Assembly (NCBI GenBank): GCA_045646865.1
Contig: JAZRLM010000004.1
Location: 695 to 64,694 of the forward strand
Length of the DNA stretch: 64,000 nt
Direction: 5' to 3'
Source of the DNA: Clostridia bacterium
GTDB lineage: Bacteria; Bacillota; Clostridia; Monoglobales; Monoglobaceae
The translations under genes and the position numbers were made by a program. The stretch's first letter is position 1. Each line of letters opens with the position of its first letter. Under the pieces are notes generated by a model. That model was not told the DNA's origin, searched no databases, and saw only the letters and a list, made by a program, of their open reading frames with translations. This document shows, in pieces, positions 49,012-59,255 of the stretch.

Positions 49012-49515
49012 TTAGTCAATCACGTAGCAATCTTCAATCTTTGCATAATAGAGGGTGTGCAAATCACCGTTTTTATACCATTTATCAAGAATTTCTTCTG
49101 AAGTGTTATCGGGTGTCATATCTGTTTTTGCAGCCACCTTACATTCAAAAACAAGACTTTTGCAGGCTACAACCGGTGTTGAAACGGTATTTGCATCTTT
49201 TAATGTAAGACCACATTCTGCAATTTTATCCACGTCACGACCGCTGTTACTGCCGCAAAAACCAAGAGCCGCTTTCATTGATTCATCATAAGGGAAGGTA
49301 AGGGTGAATTCCATAGACTTATCAATTGTATTTTTGGTAAAACGGCTTTGTCTTACCAAAACTTCGGCTGTGGGCATTCCCCAAACAAAGCCGAATGAAC
49401 CCCAGCCTATGGTCATTGTGTTTATTTTTTCACCGTCTTTTGTGGTGAGAAAGGCACCTTTTGGAAGGATTTCGGTTGCCTTTTTAAAATACTGTGTTAA
49501 AACGTTAATATCCAT
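49012..49515 (-). CDS. Flavin reductase-like (FMN-binding split-barrel) protein
   Basis: 167 aa with NTMTIGWGSFG, typical of the flavin reductase-like domain. Confidence 0.6.
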   Translation of the reverse strand: MDINVLTQYFKKATEILPKGAFLTTKDGEKINTMTIGWGSFGFVWGMPTAEVLVRQSRFTKNTIDKSMEFTLTFPYDESMKAALGFCGSNSGRDVDKIAECGLTLKDANTVSTPVVACKSLVFECKVAAKTDMTPDNTSEEILDKWYKNGDLHTLYYAKIEDCYVID

Positions 49516-49527
49516 AATGTCACCTCG

Positions 49528-50541
49528 TTATATTGTATTCAGAAAATCAAATTCGGATTCGTGCTTTTTATCTCTGTTCATAAGAGCCTTTATGGCATCT
49601 TCGGGATGCTTATCGTTAAAGAGAACATTATATGCCTCTGTTATAATAGGCATTTCAACACCTTTGCGGTCAGCAAGTTCCTTTGCTGCTTTGCAGCTGC
49701 GAACACCTTCAACCACCATATTTACAGTTTTCTGTGCCTCGGCAACAGACATTCCCTGACCTATCAGTATTCCTGCACGACGGTTGCGCGAATGCATACT
49801 TGTGCAGGTTACAATTAAATCGCCGATGCCCGAAAGACCCGAAAAGGTTTGAGCTTTTGCACCCATTGCAATGCCAAGACGTGTCATTTCAACAAGACCG
49901 CGTGTCATAAGTGCCGCCTTGGTGTTGTCTCCGCAGCCAAGACCGTCAAGAATACCACAACAAAGTGCGATTACGTTTTTAATTGAACCTCCCAGTTCAA
50001 CACCCATAATGTCATTAGATGTATATACTCTGAAATTGGGGCTCATAAAGATGTCCTGAATGTATTCGGATATAGCAATCTCATCCGATGCGATAACATT
50101 AGTTGTAGGAATATTACGAGAAACTTCTTCGGCATGGCTTGGACCAGACATAACTGCAATTTTACAGTCAGGCAGCTCTTCCTTAAGAATCTGCGAAATG
50201 GTCATATATGAGCCTTCTTCGATACCCTTTGATATATTAAGGATAATCTGACCTGATGAAACATATTGTTTTATATTTTTTGCAACATTTCTTATACCGT
50301 GGGAAGGAGTGGCTATCACAATTAAATCCATACCTGCAACAGCCGAGAGTTCGGAAACAAATTCGATACCATCGGGGATAGCAATTCCCGGAAGGAAGGG
50401 CTTGTTTTCGTGATATTTCTTAAGATTTTCACATTCGGTTTTGTCAAATGACCAAAGTGTTACCTTATGTCCGTTGTTATGTAGAAGAATGGATGCTGAA
50501 GTTCCCCAGCCGCCGCTGCCTAAAACACATACGTTTGCCAT
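49528..50541 (-). CDS. gpsA: NAD(P)H-dependent glycerol-3-phosphate dehydrogenase
   Basis: Start taken at MANVCVLGSGGWGT, 1 nt after the plsY stop. Confidence 0.92.
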   Translation of the reverse strand: MANVCVLGSGGWGTSASILLHNNGHKVTLWSFDKTECENLKKYHENKPFLPGIAIPDGIEFVSELSAVAGMDLIVIATPSHGIRNVAKNIKQYVSSGQIILNISKGIEEGSYMTISQILKEELPDCKIAVMSGPSHAEEVSRNIPTTNVIASDEIAISEYIQDIFMSPNFRVYTSNDIMGVELGGSIKNVIALCCGILDGLGCGDNTKAALMTRGLVEMTRLGIAMGAKAQTFSGLSGIGDLIVTCTSMHSRNRRAGILIGQGMSVAEAQKTVNMVVEGVRSCKAAKELADRKGVEMPIITEAYNVLFNDKHPEDAIKALMNRDKKHESEFDFLNTI

Positions 50542-50542
50542 T

Positions 50543-51157
50543 TTATTTATCCTCCTTACTGCCAAAACTGAGTTTATTTTCTTTGCCTGCAAGAAGTCTT
50601 ACAATATTGCTTCGGTGCATATATATTGCAAGGAAAGCAAGCATTATGGCAAAAACAATAAATTCTGCATTGTTATTTTTAAATACAAGTGCCAGAACAA
50701 CAAATATAACTGCGCCAAGAACACTTCCTAATGAAACGTATCTTGAAACTGCCATAATTGAAATTGCTGCAATCATAGTGATAAGACCAAGAAGAGGGTC
50801 TGCGAATAAAATTACAACTGTTGATACAATTATGCCTTTGCCGCCTTTGAATCTGAAATAAAGGGGGAAGTTATGTCCGAGAACCGCTCCAAGGCCTGCA
50901 ATATAAACTGCATTGGGGCTATCTGATATAAGCTTTGCCACAAGAACTGCAGCAACAGCCTTTAAAACATCACCCAATACAACAAAGATTGCGCCTTTTT
51001 TACCTACTGTACGCAGGGTGTTTGTTGCGCCTGCATTGCCACTGCCATGGTTGCGTATATCGTCGCCAATCATAATTTTTGATACTATAATTGATGTGTT
51101 TATGCTGCCAAGAAGATAGGCAACAACTAAAATTATAAGGTTATAAACTATTTCCAT
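50543..51157 (-). CDS. plsY: Glycerol-3-phosphate acyltransferase PlsY
   Basis: 204-aa membrane protein with GSGNAGATN. Confidence 0.92.
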   Translation of the reverse strand: MEIVYNLIILVVAYLLGSINTSIIVSKIMIGDDIRNHGSGNAGATNTLRTVGKKGAIFVVLGDVLKAVAAVLVAKLISDSPNAVYIAGLGAVLGHNFPLYFRFKGGKGIIVSTVVILFADPLLGLITMIAAISIMAVSRYVSLGSVLGAVIFVVLALVFKNNNAEFIVFAIMLAFLAIYMHRSNIVRLLAGKENKLSFGSKEDK

Positions 51158-51171
51158 ATTTAATATCTCCT

Positions 51172-52512
51172 TTAAACCTTGCTGCCTTTGGTATCTTTTT
51201 CGCCCTTTTCACGAACAATAAACTTGATTGGTGTACCTTTAAATCCAAAAGCGGCTCTTATCTTGTTTTCAAGGTATCTGATATAAGAATAATGTGCCAG
51301 TTCAGAATTATTAACAAACAGAACAAAGGTAGGAGGCTTGATGGACGCCTGAGTTCCGTAGTAAATCTTAAGACGTTTACCCTTGTCCGAAGGCGGCTGA
51401 ACCATTGCAATGGCATCATTGATAACGTCATTAAGAAGTCCTGTTGAAATACGTTTTTTGTTTTCTTCAACGGCTAAATCGGCCATTTCAAAAAGGTCGT
51501 CAACACGCTGACCTGTCTTGGCGGAAATAAATACAGATTCCGCATACATCATAAAGTTAAAGCCCTCTAAAAGTCTGTCTTTGAAGTTTTTCATTGTGTT
51601 GGTCTCTTTTTCAACCAAATCCCACTTGTTAACTGCAAAAACTGCGGCTTTGCCTTGTTCGTGAACATAACCTGCAATTTTGGTGTCCTGCTCGGTAACA
51701 CCTTCGGTTGCGTCTATCATAATAATACAAACATCTGCGCGGTCAATGGAGGTAAGAGCGCGAACTACGCTGTAACGTTCGACATCCTCGTCAATTTTTC
51801 CGCGCTTACGCATACCTGCTGTGTCAATAATAACGTATTTTTTGCCGTTTCTCTCTAAACGGCTGTCAATTGCGTCACGGGTTGTTCCTGCTATATCGCT
51901 TACGATAACACGGTCCTCGCCTAAGATACGGTTTACAAGTGAAGATTTACCTGCGTTTGGTTTGCCTACGATTGCGATATGGATAACATCATCATCGTCT
52001 TCTTCCTCAATATCCTCTGGGAAATGCTCAGCAACCATATCCAGAAGGTCGCCGACACCCAGACCGTGAATGGAGGATACCATTACAGGGTCACCGATAC
52101 CAAGGTTATAGAATTCATAAACCTCCATGGGCGGGTCACCAGGATTATCCACCTTGTTGCACACCAAAATAACGGGTTTGCCGCATTTTTGCAGCATTGC
52201 CGCAATATCCTTGTCGGCGGCAGTCATACCGTCGCGAACGTTGACAACAAACAAAATAACATCGGCCGTGTCAATGGCAAGATTTGCCTGATTGCGCATC
52301 TGCGAAAGAATAATATCCTTGCTGTACGGCTCGATACCGCCGGTGTCTATAAGTGTAAATTCTTTGCCAAGCCATTCGGCATCTGCATAGATGCGGTCAC
52401 GGGTGATACCGGGCGTATCTTCAACAATGGCAATTCTTTTACCTGATATTTTATTAAATAATGTAGACTTTCCCACATTGGGGCGTCCCACAATAGCTAC
52501 TATCGGTTTCAT
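51172..52512 (-). CDS. der: Ribosome biogenesis GTPase Der/EngA
   Basis: Start taken at [17 protein letters not shown]. Second G domain GKPNAGKSS and a KH-like C-terminus. Confidence 0.93.
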   Translation of the reverse strand: MKPIVAIVGRPNVGKSTLFNKISGKRIAIVEDTPGITRDRIYADAEWLGKEFTLIDTGGIEPYSKDIILSQMRNQANLAIDTADVILFVVNVRDGMTAADKDIAAMLQKCGKPVILVCNKVDNPGDPPMEVYEFYNLGIGDPVMVSSIHGLGVGDLLDMVAEHFPEDIEEEDDDDVIHIAIVGKPNAGKSSLVNRILGEDRVIVSDIAGTTRDAIDSRLERNGKKYVIIDTAGMRKRGKIDEDVERYSVVRALTSIDRADVCIIMIDATEGVTEQDTKIAGYVHEQGKAAVFAVNKWDLVEKETNTMKNFKDRLLEGFNFMMYAESVFISAKTGQRVDDLFEMADLAVEENKKRISTGLLNDVINDAIAMVQPPSDKGKRLKIYYGTQASIKPPTFVLFVNNSELAHYSYIRYLENKIRAAFGFKGTPIKFIVREKGEKDTKGSKV

Positions 52513-52638
52513 ATTTTCACCAATCCTTTGCATAATTAAATATATTTTATCACAAATACTGGAAAAATACAAGATTTATCTTGATAATTTAATTAATATG
52601 TGTTAATATTATTCAAAAAACAAAGGACGGTTTTTATT

Positions 52639-54009
52639 ATGAATCAAAGAGAAAAATTTTCTTCTCGTCTTGGCTTTCTGCTAATTTCGGCAGGATGTGC
52701 GATTGGTCTGGGAAATGTTTACCGTTTTCCGATTATTACAGGTGCATACGGCGGCGCATTATTTGTGCTGATTTATATCGGATTTTTGCTTTTGCTCGGA
52801 CTTCCTATTATGACAATGGAGCTTTCTGTCGGCAGAGCAAGTCAGCGTAGTATTGCATCATCATTTGATGTTCTTGAAAAGCCGGGTCAGAAATGGCATT
52901 GGCTGAAATTTATGGGCATTGCAGGCAATTATCTTCTTATGATGTTCTATACCGTAATTTCAGGGTGGATGCTCATTTATTTCGTTAAATATCTTAATGG
53001 CTCAATTCTGGAATTTAAAACCGCAGAGCAGCTTGGCGGTGCTTTTGGTGCAATAGTATCAAATCAGGGACTATTAATCGGTTCAACTGTTGCGGTAATT
53101 GTTTTGTGCTTTGGTGTTTGTTCTCTTGGACTTCAAAAGGGCGTTGAAAAGATAACAAAGGTTATGATGATTGCGCTTTTTGCACTTCTTTTTGGACTTG
53201 CAATATATTGCTGTACATTGGATAATGCCGCAGAAGGTCTGAAATTCTATTTAATTCCTACTCTTGATGGCGTTAAGGAATCAGGTCTTATGACGGTTAT
53301 ATCTGCGGCTATGGGACAAGCCTTCTTTACTTTAAGCATAGGTATCGGTTCGGTTGCAATTTTTGGCAGTTATATTGACAAAACACGAAGTCTGACAGGC
53401 GAGGCAATTACCATTATGTCGCTTGATACTTTGGTTGCAATAATGTCAGGTCTTATAGTTTTCCCTGCATGTTTTACTTATAACAACGGTGTTACTGCGG
53501 ATGCGTCAACTGTTGGTGCAAGTTTTCTGTTTACTACACTTTCAAGTATATTCAACAGTATGCCGGGTGGAAGAGTTGTTGGAATATTGTTTTTTGTATT
53601 TATGATGTTTGCATCACTTTCAACCGTTATTGCTGTATTTGAAAATATAATGTCATTTTGGCTGGAACTTACATCAATGAGCCGCCGCAAGGTTGCGATT
53701 ATAAATATTGTTTTGATGATAATTTTGTCACTTCCCTGTATTCTTGGCTTTACGGTATGGTCTGATTTTCAGATCTTAGGCAAAGGCATAATGGATTTGG
53801 AAGATTATACAGTTTCCAATATTCTGCTCCCTGTGGGTAGCCTTATGTATGTTCTGTTTTGCACAATGCGTTATGGCTGGGGCTGGGATAAATATTTTGC
53901 CGAGGTAAACAGCGGAAAGGGACTTAAACTTCCAAAATGGCTTAAGCCTTATCTTAAGTATGTACTTCCTGTCATTATAATCGCAGTATTGATAATGTCG
54001 GTATTTTAA
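52639..54009 (+). CDS. Neurotransmitter:sodium symporter (NSS/SNF) family transporter
   Basis: Start taken at MNQREKFSSRLGF. GLGNVYRFP signature and a polytopic topology. Confidence 0.85.
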   Translation: MNQREKFSSRLGFLLISAGCAIGLGNVYRFPIITGAYGGALFVLIYIGFLLLLGLPIMTMELSVGRASQRSIASSFDVLEKPGQKWHWLKFMGIAGNYLLMMFYTVISGWMLIYFVKYLNGSILEFKTAEQLGGAFGAIVSNQGLLIGSTVAVIVLCFGVCSLGLQKGVEKITKVMMIALFALLFGLAIYCCTLDNAAEGLKFYLIPTLDGVKESGLMTVISAAMGQAFFTLSIGIGSVAIFGSYIDKTRSLTGEAITIMSLDTLVAIMSGLIVFPACFTYNNGVTADASTVGASFLFTTLSSIFNSMPGGRVVGILFFVFMMFASLSTVIAVFENIMSFWLELTSMSRRKVAIINIVLMIILSLPCILGFTVWSDFQILGKGIMDLEDYTVSNILLPVGSLMYVLFCTMRYGWGWDKYFAEVNSGKGLKLPKWLKPYLKYVLPVIIIAVLIMSVF

Positions 54010-54018
54010 AAAAATGTT

Positions 54019-54051
54019 GGGGTGCTGTGTGTGCAGTGCCCCTTAATTTTT
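54019..54051 (+). terminator. Terminator of the NSS transporter gene; last clearly core feature
   Basis: GGGGTGCTGtgtgtgCAGTGCCCC (two G-U pairs) followed by ttaattttt. Confidence 0.65.
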
Positions 54052-54143
54052 GGAGTGAGGTTTAAAGGACAGTAAAATATATATAATAAAGAAAAGGAGT
54101 GAAATGTATGGCAGACAGAATGTATTTGTGTATAGATTTAAAT

Positions 54144-54222
54144 AATGCCGAATTATAAGTAATGCCGAGAAATTTATATATTGCCGAAGAGTTAAAGCTG
54201 CATGCTCTAATTCTTCGGCATT
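54144..54222. repeat. Short repeats (A)ATGCCGA x3 direct plus 1 inverted at the island edge
   Basis: AATGCCGA at 54144 and 54161, ATTGCCGA at 54180, inverted TCGGCATT at 54215. The last two form a hairpin (GCCGAAGA..TCTTCGGC) followed by a T-rich tail. Confidence 0.7.
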
Positions 54223-54294
54223 TCTTTTTGTTATTATAACACGAAACCCGTTATAAAACAACCCCATTATCATTATTAACGATTTTATTGACAA

Positions 54295-55335
54295 TTACAT
54301 CAAACCATATAATTGTTTGATAATTTCCTCATCGTTAGCATATTTAAACCCTTCATCATTTGCGAAAACAGAATTTTCACCTTGCGATATTTCTGCAATG
54401 GCTTCTCTTTTCATATCTGTAGTTGCACGAGCGTAAATAAGAGATGTTTCAAGTTGGGAATGTCCTAACCATTGCGAAACCAACTCCAAAGGCATTCCTG
54501 CCATATACAAGTGCATTGCACGAGTATGACGAAATAGATGTGGATGTATTATCGGTAAATTTGGAATTTCCTCTCGTACTTTATTTCCATATTTCTTCAT
54601 AAACGACTGCACATTGTCACACGACATCCTCGTATGTATTCCATTTCTTATTGTATAGAACATATATTCATTATAATCCTTGTCCTTATGGTAGTAATAA
54701 CAGTACTTTTCAAATTTAGGGATAAGCTCCAGAGAAATCGGCGTTACTCTAAATTTATTTCCCTTGCCTACAACATGCAGTTCTGCCAACCCCTTATTTA
54801 TGAGAAAGTCTTTGAGTTTTAAATCTAAAATTTCTTGAATTCTGCATCCACTATCATATAATAAAAACATTAGAAAACTATTTCTGTAACCAATTTTATT
54901 AGACTCGTCCGGTTGTGCAAGCAATATTTTAGTTTCTTCAACACTTAAAAAGGTTATTATATCTGCAGTTGCTATAGGTATCTCTGATATTTTCTGAATC
55001 CTTGCAAGTTCGGACATTAGCATAAGATTTTCATCCATTAAATAACGGCAAAATCTTTTCAGATGCCGAATCCTCAGATTTACAGTTGATGGCTTGTTGC
55101 ACCTTTCCTCTGTAAGCCAAGATATAAAGCCTAAAATGTTTTTTTGACAGAAATCCTTGGTGTCAATTACCTGTATAGCACATTCTTTAAATATACACAA
55201 ATACTTTAAATAAAGGTTAAGTGTATACCGATACGCATCAACAGTATTGCTACTCTTTTTCCTCAATATAGGCATGTCCACTGTTAAAAATTGCCTTATA
55301 CACTCAAATAAAGATACATCTTTAATTTTTCTCAT
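54295..55335 (-). CDS. Tyrosine recombinase, third gene of the trio
   Basis: SGCRIQE (Arg I), HPHLFRHTRAMHL (H-x-x-R), LGHSQLETSLIYARAT (His and Tyr). Confidence 0.85.
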   Translation of the reverse strand: MRKIKDVSLFECIRQFLTVDMPILRKKSSNTVDAYRYTLNLYLKYLCIFKECAIQVIDTKDFCQKNILGFISWLTEERCNKPSTVNLRIRHLKRFCRYLMDENLMLMSELARIQKISEIPIATADIITFLSVEETKILLAQPDESNKIGYRNSFLMFLLYDSGCRIQEILDLKLKDFLINKGLAELHVVGKGNKFRVTPISLELIPKFEKYCYYYHKDKDYNEYMFYTIRNGIHTRMSCDNVQSFMKKYGNKVREEIPNLPIIHPHLFRHTRAMHLYMAGMPLELVSQWLGHSQLETSLIYARATTDMKREAIAEISQGENSVFANDEGFKYANDEEIIKQLYGLM

Positions 55336-56281
55336 GAATTTTTTCCTCCTTGTTACCGTAAATACTGCTTAACATATCCCATTTTATATTAGGCGATTTT
55401 CTCAATCTTTCGGGAATTAAATGAATATAATAAAGAGTTTCCTCCATAGTTACATGCCCCATATACTCACTAAGGTATGGCATAAGGGACATAATGTTTC
55501 TACCTTCATCAATCCATCGCATAATTGTTCTTGTTGCAAAATTATGCCTTAAATCATAAGGACGAGGTTTGTTGCCTTTGTATGAAAAACTACATCTTTC
55601 CAAAAGTTGAGCAAAATTATATACACCCCAATATGTTGGAATTGGTTCACCTGTTTTGTATTGAAAAAACCACTCACGACTACCTTCAAATTCATCATAA
55701 ATCGAACATAACCGGCGCATTTGTTCTGACATGACAATATGTCGGTCTTTTCCTCGTTTACCTTTACGGATGAATATATCTCCAGTTTCTAAATTTATAT
55801 CTTCACATTTTATTCTAAAAGGTTCTCCCGGTCGTAACCCACAACACAATTCCAATCTATACAACACAGGCATAATTCGTGCCGGATCGGCTTTAATCTT
55901 TCGGAATTTCACAGAATCAATTGCCTCAAAAAGATACTTCAATTCATCATCTGTGAAAATGTAAGGCTGATAAGGTTGATATTTTACATTATACGTAGAT
56001 GGAGGAATATATGCCTGTATTCCTGTTGAACATAAGTGTTTGGTAAAATGACGAATATTGATTATCGCTAATCTTTGAGAGTTGTTTGATTGATATGGTT
56101 CGGTTAGGAGCCAACTGTCAACCATTTCTCTTGTTATAGTGGAAACCTCTTCAAAATTTGCTGCACAGTATTCGATAAAAGGGACAACAAAAGAAGAATA
56201 TGTATCCTTGCAATAACCAAGTGATTCCTTGAGCAAAAGCATTTCCTCATATTTTTCCATCATTTTTTCCTTAAAATTCAA
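55322..56281 (-). CDS. Tyrosine recombinase, second gene of the trio
   Basis: CCGLRPGE (Arg I), YDLRHNFATR, MGHVTMEETLYYIH (Tyr). Confidence 0.8.
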   Translation of the reverse strand: MNFKEKMMEKYEEMLLLKESLGYCKDTYSSFVVPFIEYCAANFEEVSTITREMVDSWLLTEPYQSNNSQRLAIINIRHFTKHLCSTGIQAYIPPSTYNVKYQPYQPYIFTDDELKYLFEAIDSVKFRKIKADPARIMPVLYRLELCCGLRPGEPFRIKCEDINLETGDIFIRKGKRGKDRHIVMSEQMRRLCSIYDEFEGSREWFFQYKTGEPIPTYWGVYNFAQLLERCSFSYKGNKPRPYDLRHNFATRTIMRWIDEGRNIMSLMPYLSEYMGHVTMEETLYYIHLIPERLRKSPNIKWDMLSSIYGNKEEKIHEKN

Positions 56282-57543
56282 GATTCTTCAACTCCTTTAT
56301 TTATCTCGTTATTAAAATCGTAATTTGCATATATACCTTTTGTTATTGGCACTTCTGAAAAATCTGCAGCGCATAACGATGTTTGTGTGCGGTTAAAACT
56401 CAAATATGCCTTATCTGAACTCATATCCTTATGCCCTAACATTTGAGAAATAGATGTTACAGGGACTTCTGCGACTGCAAGTTCTGTTCCGAATGCTCGC
56501 CGCAAACTATGAAATGAACGATATCTTTTCTTTTCAATAGATGCTTTGCGACAATATTTATCCAACATACTATCTAATGGCGCGGTACTTTTTAACATAG
56601 CATAAGGCACAACGGATTCGAGAAAAACATGCTTGTCCGTATTAGATTTTCGTTCCTTCAAAATGTAATCTGCTATTGCATTTAATGTGATCCCTGTTAC
56701 TGGAACAGCAATAGATTGCCCTGTCTTCCTTTGAACAACTTGAATTTCTTGTTTAATCCAATTTATATCGGACAATACCATGTGTCTAATGTCCACAGAC
56801 CTCAGACCTGTGTTAAAAGCTAGTAAGATAATCGCCTTGTTTCTCCTGTAATTTTTATCTTCAGGATTGATTGCATTGATTATTGAATTAATTTCCTCCT
56901 GTGTATATGGCGATATTAGTTTTTTGGGTGGAGGCTTTGGAAAGAAACTCTTTAATTCGATTGTTGTGTTTGTTATACCATTTTTATTGAGATAGTCATT
57001 TATTAAACGCAGAGTAAAAATAACTATATTCATATTATATGGATTGGTTTTTGATGCCTCGCTAATAAATTCTATGTAATCGGAATCCTCAATTTGATTA
57101 TCTGCCTTTTCTTTCTGTTCGATGAAATTGAAAAAATACCTAAAGATAATATCAGCCTTTTTCTTCCTGGTTTCTAAGATACATGCATCCTCTTTAATTT
57201 CCTCTATCAATTCCAAATGCGATTTGTTGGGTTTATACTTTTTTGCATCCTTCACAATTGAGAAATCTATAATTCCCGTCTCTGACAAAGAACAAAGTCT
57301 ATGCGTTGCTCTCACAAAGGAACGATAGAACTTCCTTGTGATTTCACCCTTTTCGTAGCGTTTCCTATAATCTTCGCACAAGTTTGTAAGCACTTCTCTT
57401 GAAACCTCGCATTCATTATTCTGCTTATGTTCGTTAAGTATCTTGGTGTAGCAACTCCATTTTGCTTGTTGTATTGTTTCATCGGTGCACCCCCTTTCTT
57501 TCATTGCTTGTAAGATTCTGTTAATTGCGATTTCTATTTTCAT
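56278..57543 (-). CDS. Tyrosine recombinase, first and largest gene of the trio
   Basis: NTGLRSVD (Arg I), FHSLRRAFGT, LGHKDMSSDKAYLSF (Tyr), with a long N-terminal SAM-like or arm-binding extension. Confidence 0.8.
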   Translation of the reverse strand: MKIEIAINRILQAMKERGCTDETIQQAKWSCYTKILNEHKQNNECEVSREVLTNLCEDYRKRYEKGEITRKFYRSFVRATHRLCSLSETGIIDFSIVKDAKKYKPNKSHLELIEEIKEDACILETRKKKADIIFRYFFNFIEQKEKADNQIEDSDYIEFISEASKTNPYNMNIVIFTLRLINDYLNKNGITNTTIELKSFFPKPPPKKLISPYTQEEINSIINAINPEDKNYRRNKAIILLAFNTGLRSVDIRHMVLSDINWIKQEIQVVQRKTGQSIAVPVTGITLNAIADYILKERKSNTDKHVFLESVVPYAMLKSTAPLDSMLDKYCRKASIEKKRYRSFHSLRRAFGTELAVAEVPVTSISQMLGHKDMSSDKAYLSFNRTQTSLCAADFSEVPITKGIYANYDFNNEINKGVEES

Positions 57544-57670
57544 AAATATCCTCCCCGAAAATTGATATAATAATTATAACCTATTATACATATCAAAAGA
57601 AGCTGGTACATACTCATTTATCTTAGCGACAATTTTGTAAATATTAACAGTTTCTATTTTTAAAAATTTA

Positions 57671-57699
57671 TTGTCTAAATATATAAAAGGTGATATAAT
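57671..57699 (+). promoter_or_regulatory. Sigma-A promoter of the polymerase operon
   Basis: TTGTCT, a 17-nt spacer, then TATAAT with TG extended -10. Confidence 0.55.
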
Positions 57700-57734
57700 A
57701 AAATTGAATATTTGTGTTTAAAAGGAGGGAGATA

Positions 57735-59243
57735 ATGAGACGACAATATGTGGCGATTGATGCCAAAGCATTTTTTGCGTCGGTCGAATGTAGAGAGCGA
57801 AATCTTGATCCTCTTAATACTAATCTTGTTGTTGCAGACGAATTAAGAACAGAAAAAACAATCTGTCTTGCAGTCACTCCTTCACTTAAGGCATATGGAA
57901 TATCCGGACGTGCGAGACTTTTTGAGGTCACTCAAAAAGTCAAGGAAATTAATGCAATACGCAAAAAAAATTGTCCAAACCATATGTTCAATGGCAAATC
58001 TTATTTAGATGACGAATTAAAGGCAAATAATACATTAGAATTAGATTATATAGTTGCTCCTCCTCGAATGGCTCTTTATATTGATTACAGCACAAAGATA
58101 CATGAGGTGTATTTGAAATATGTAGCACCTGAAGATATAATCACGTACTCTATAGATGAAGTGTTTATCGACTTAACGAGCTACTTGAACACTTATCATA
58201 TGACAGCACATGAATTGACAATGACGATGATTAAGGATGTTCTTGCTACTACTGGTATTACTGCAACCGCAGGAATTGGCACTAATCTGTATCTTGCAAA
58301 AATCGCTATGGATATAACGGCTAAAAAGATGCGACCAGACAAAGACGGTGTGCGTATTGCCGAGCTTGACGAAATGAGTTACCGCAAAGAACTGTGGGAG
58401 CATAAACCCCTTACCGACTTTTGGAGAGTCGGCAAAGGCTACTCAAAGAAGCTCGAAGATAACCGTATGTTTACTATGGGCGATATTGCAAGAACTTCTA
58501 CCACTTCCTACGGCAGAAAAACACTCAAAAAGCTGTTTGGAATAAACTCGAAAATGCTTGTTGACCACGCTTGGGGGTATGAACCGACAACTATTGAAGA
58601 AGCAAAGGCATATACACCCGAAGCAAAAAGTATGAGTACAGGACAAGTTCTAAAAGAGCCATACACCTTTGAAAAAGCAAGAATAATCGTATGGGAAATG
58701 TTAGAACTTTTATCTCTTGACTTGGTTGAAAAGCGGCTTGTAACAAATCAGATAGTCATGACAATCGGATATGACATTGAAAACCTCACTAATCCCGAAA
58801 TTGCAAAGCATTATACGGGTGAAATCAAAACCGATATGTACGGACGGAAAACACCGAAACACGCACACGGAACAGCAAACCTTGACAGGCAGACTTCGTC
58901 AACAAGACTGATAATTGACGCAACGTTGAAACTCTATGATAAAATTGTAGATGAAAAACTGCTTATACGCAGAGTAACAATATCAGCAAATAATCTTATT
59001 TCCGAAAGCTCTGTTGAAAATAAGCCGTACTATGAGCAAATAGACCTTTTTACGGATTATGAAGCCTTGACTGCTCAAAGGGAAAAGGAACAAAAGGAAC
59101 TGCAAAAAGAAAGAAAAATACAGGAAACTATGATTGATATAAAACAACGCTACGGCAAAAATGCAATCATTAAGGGTACAAATCTACAAGACAGTGCTAC
59201 CTCTATCGAGCGTAATCGGCAAATCGGAGGGCATAAGGCATAA
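57735..59243 (+). CDS. Y-family (DinB/UmuC/ImpB-like) translesion DNA polymerase
   Basis: Start taken at MRRQYVAIDAKAFFASVE after AAGGAGG. SIDEVFIDLT catalytic motif and a little-finger-sized C-terminus. Confidence 0.85.
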   Translation: MRRQYVAIDAKAFFASVECRERNLDPLNTNLVVADELRTEKTICLAVTPSLKAYGISGRARLFEVTQKVKEINAIRKKNCPNHMFNGKSYLDDELKANNTLELDYIVAPPRMALYIDYSTKIHEVYLKYVAPEDIITYSIDEVFIDLTSYLNTYHMTAHELTMTMIKDVLATTGITATAGIGTNLYLAKIAMDITAKKMRPDKDGVRIAELDEMSYRKELWEHKPLTDFWRVGKGYSKKLEDNRMFTMGDIARTSTTSYGRKTLKKLFGINSKMLVDHAWGYEPTTIEEAKAYTPEAKSMSTGQVLKEPYTFEKARIIVWEMLELLSLDLVEKRLVTNQIVMTIGYDIENLTNPEIAKHYTGEIKTDMYGRKTPKHAHGTANLDRQTSSTRLIIDATLKLYDKIVDEKLLIRRVTISANNLISESSVENKPYYEQIDLFTDYEALTAQREKEQKELQKERKIQETMIDIKQRYGKNAIIKGTNLQDSATSIERNRQIGGHKA

Positions 59244-59255
59244 GGAGGTGCAAAT

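Larger units (their letters stand above)
54295..57543 (-). mobile_element. Recombinase-in-trio (RIT-like) module: three overlapping tyrosine recombinase genes; element ends not identified
   Basis: Co-directional ORFs of 421, 319 and 346 aa with overlaps of 4 nt (ATGA) and 14 nt, each with Arg / H-x-x-R / Tyr recombinase motifs. Lies in AT-rich DNA next to the core boundary. Confidence 0.7.

Noticed and set aside
54043-54294. 83-aa minus-strand ORF downstream of the third recombinase gene
   Set aside because: It has no RBS, is hydrophobic and low-complexity in AT-rich DNA, and spans the ATGCCGA repeats and the terminator-like hairpin.
57544-57734. LexA/SOS box upstream of the Y-family polymerase, and terminal inverted repeats matching 54044-54294
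   Set aside because: By eye I found no CGAAC-N4-GTTCG-like site and no inverted match of 10 nt or more between the two flanks. This needs a computational check, so it is reported as absence only.
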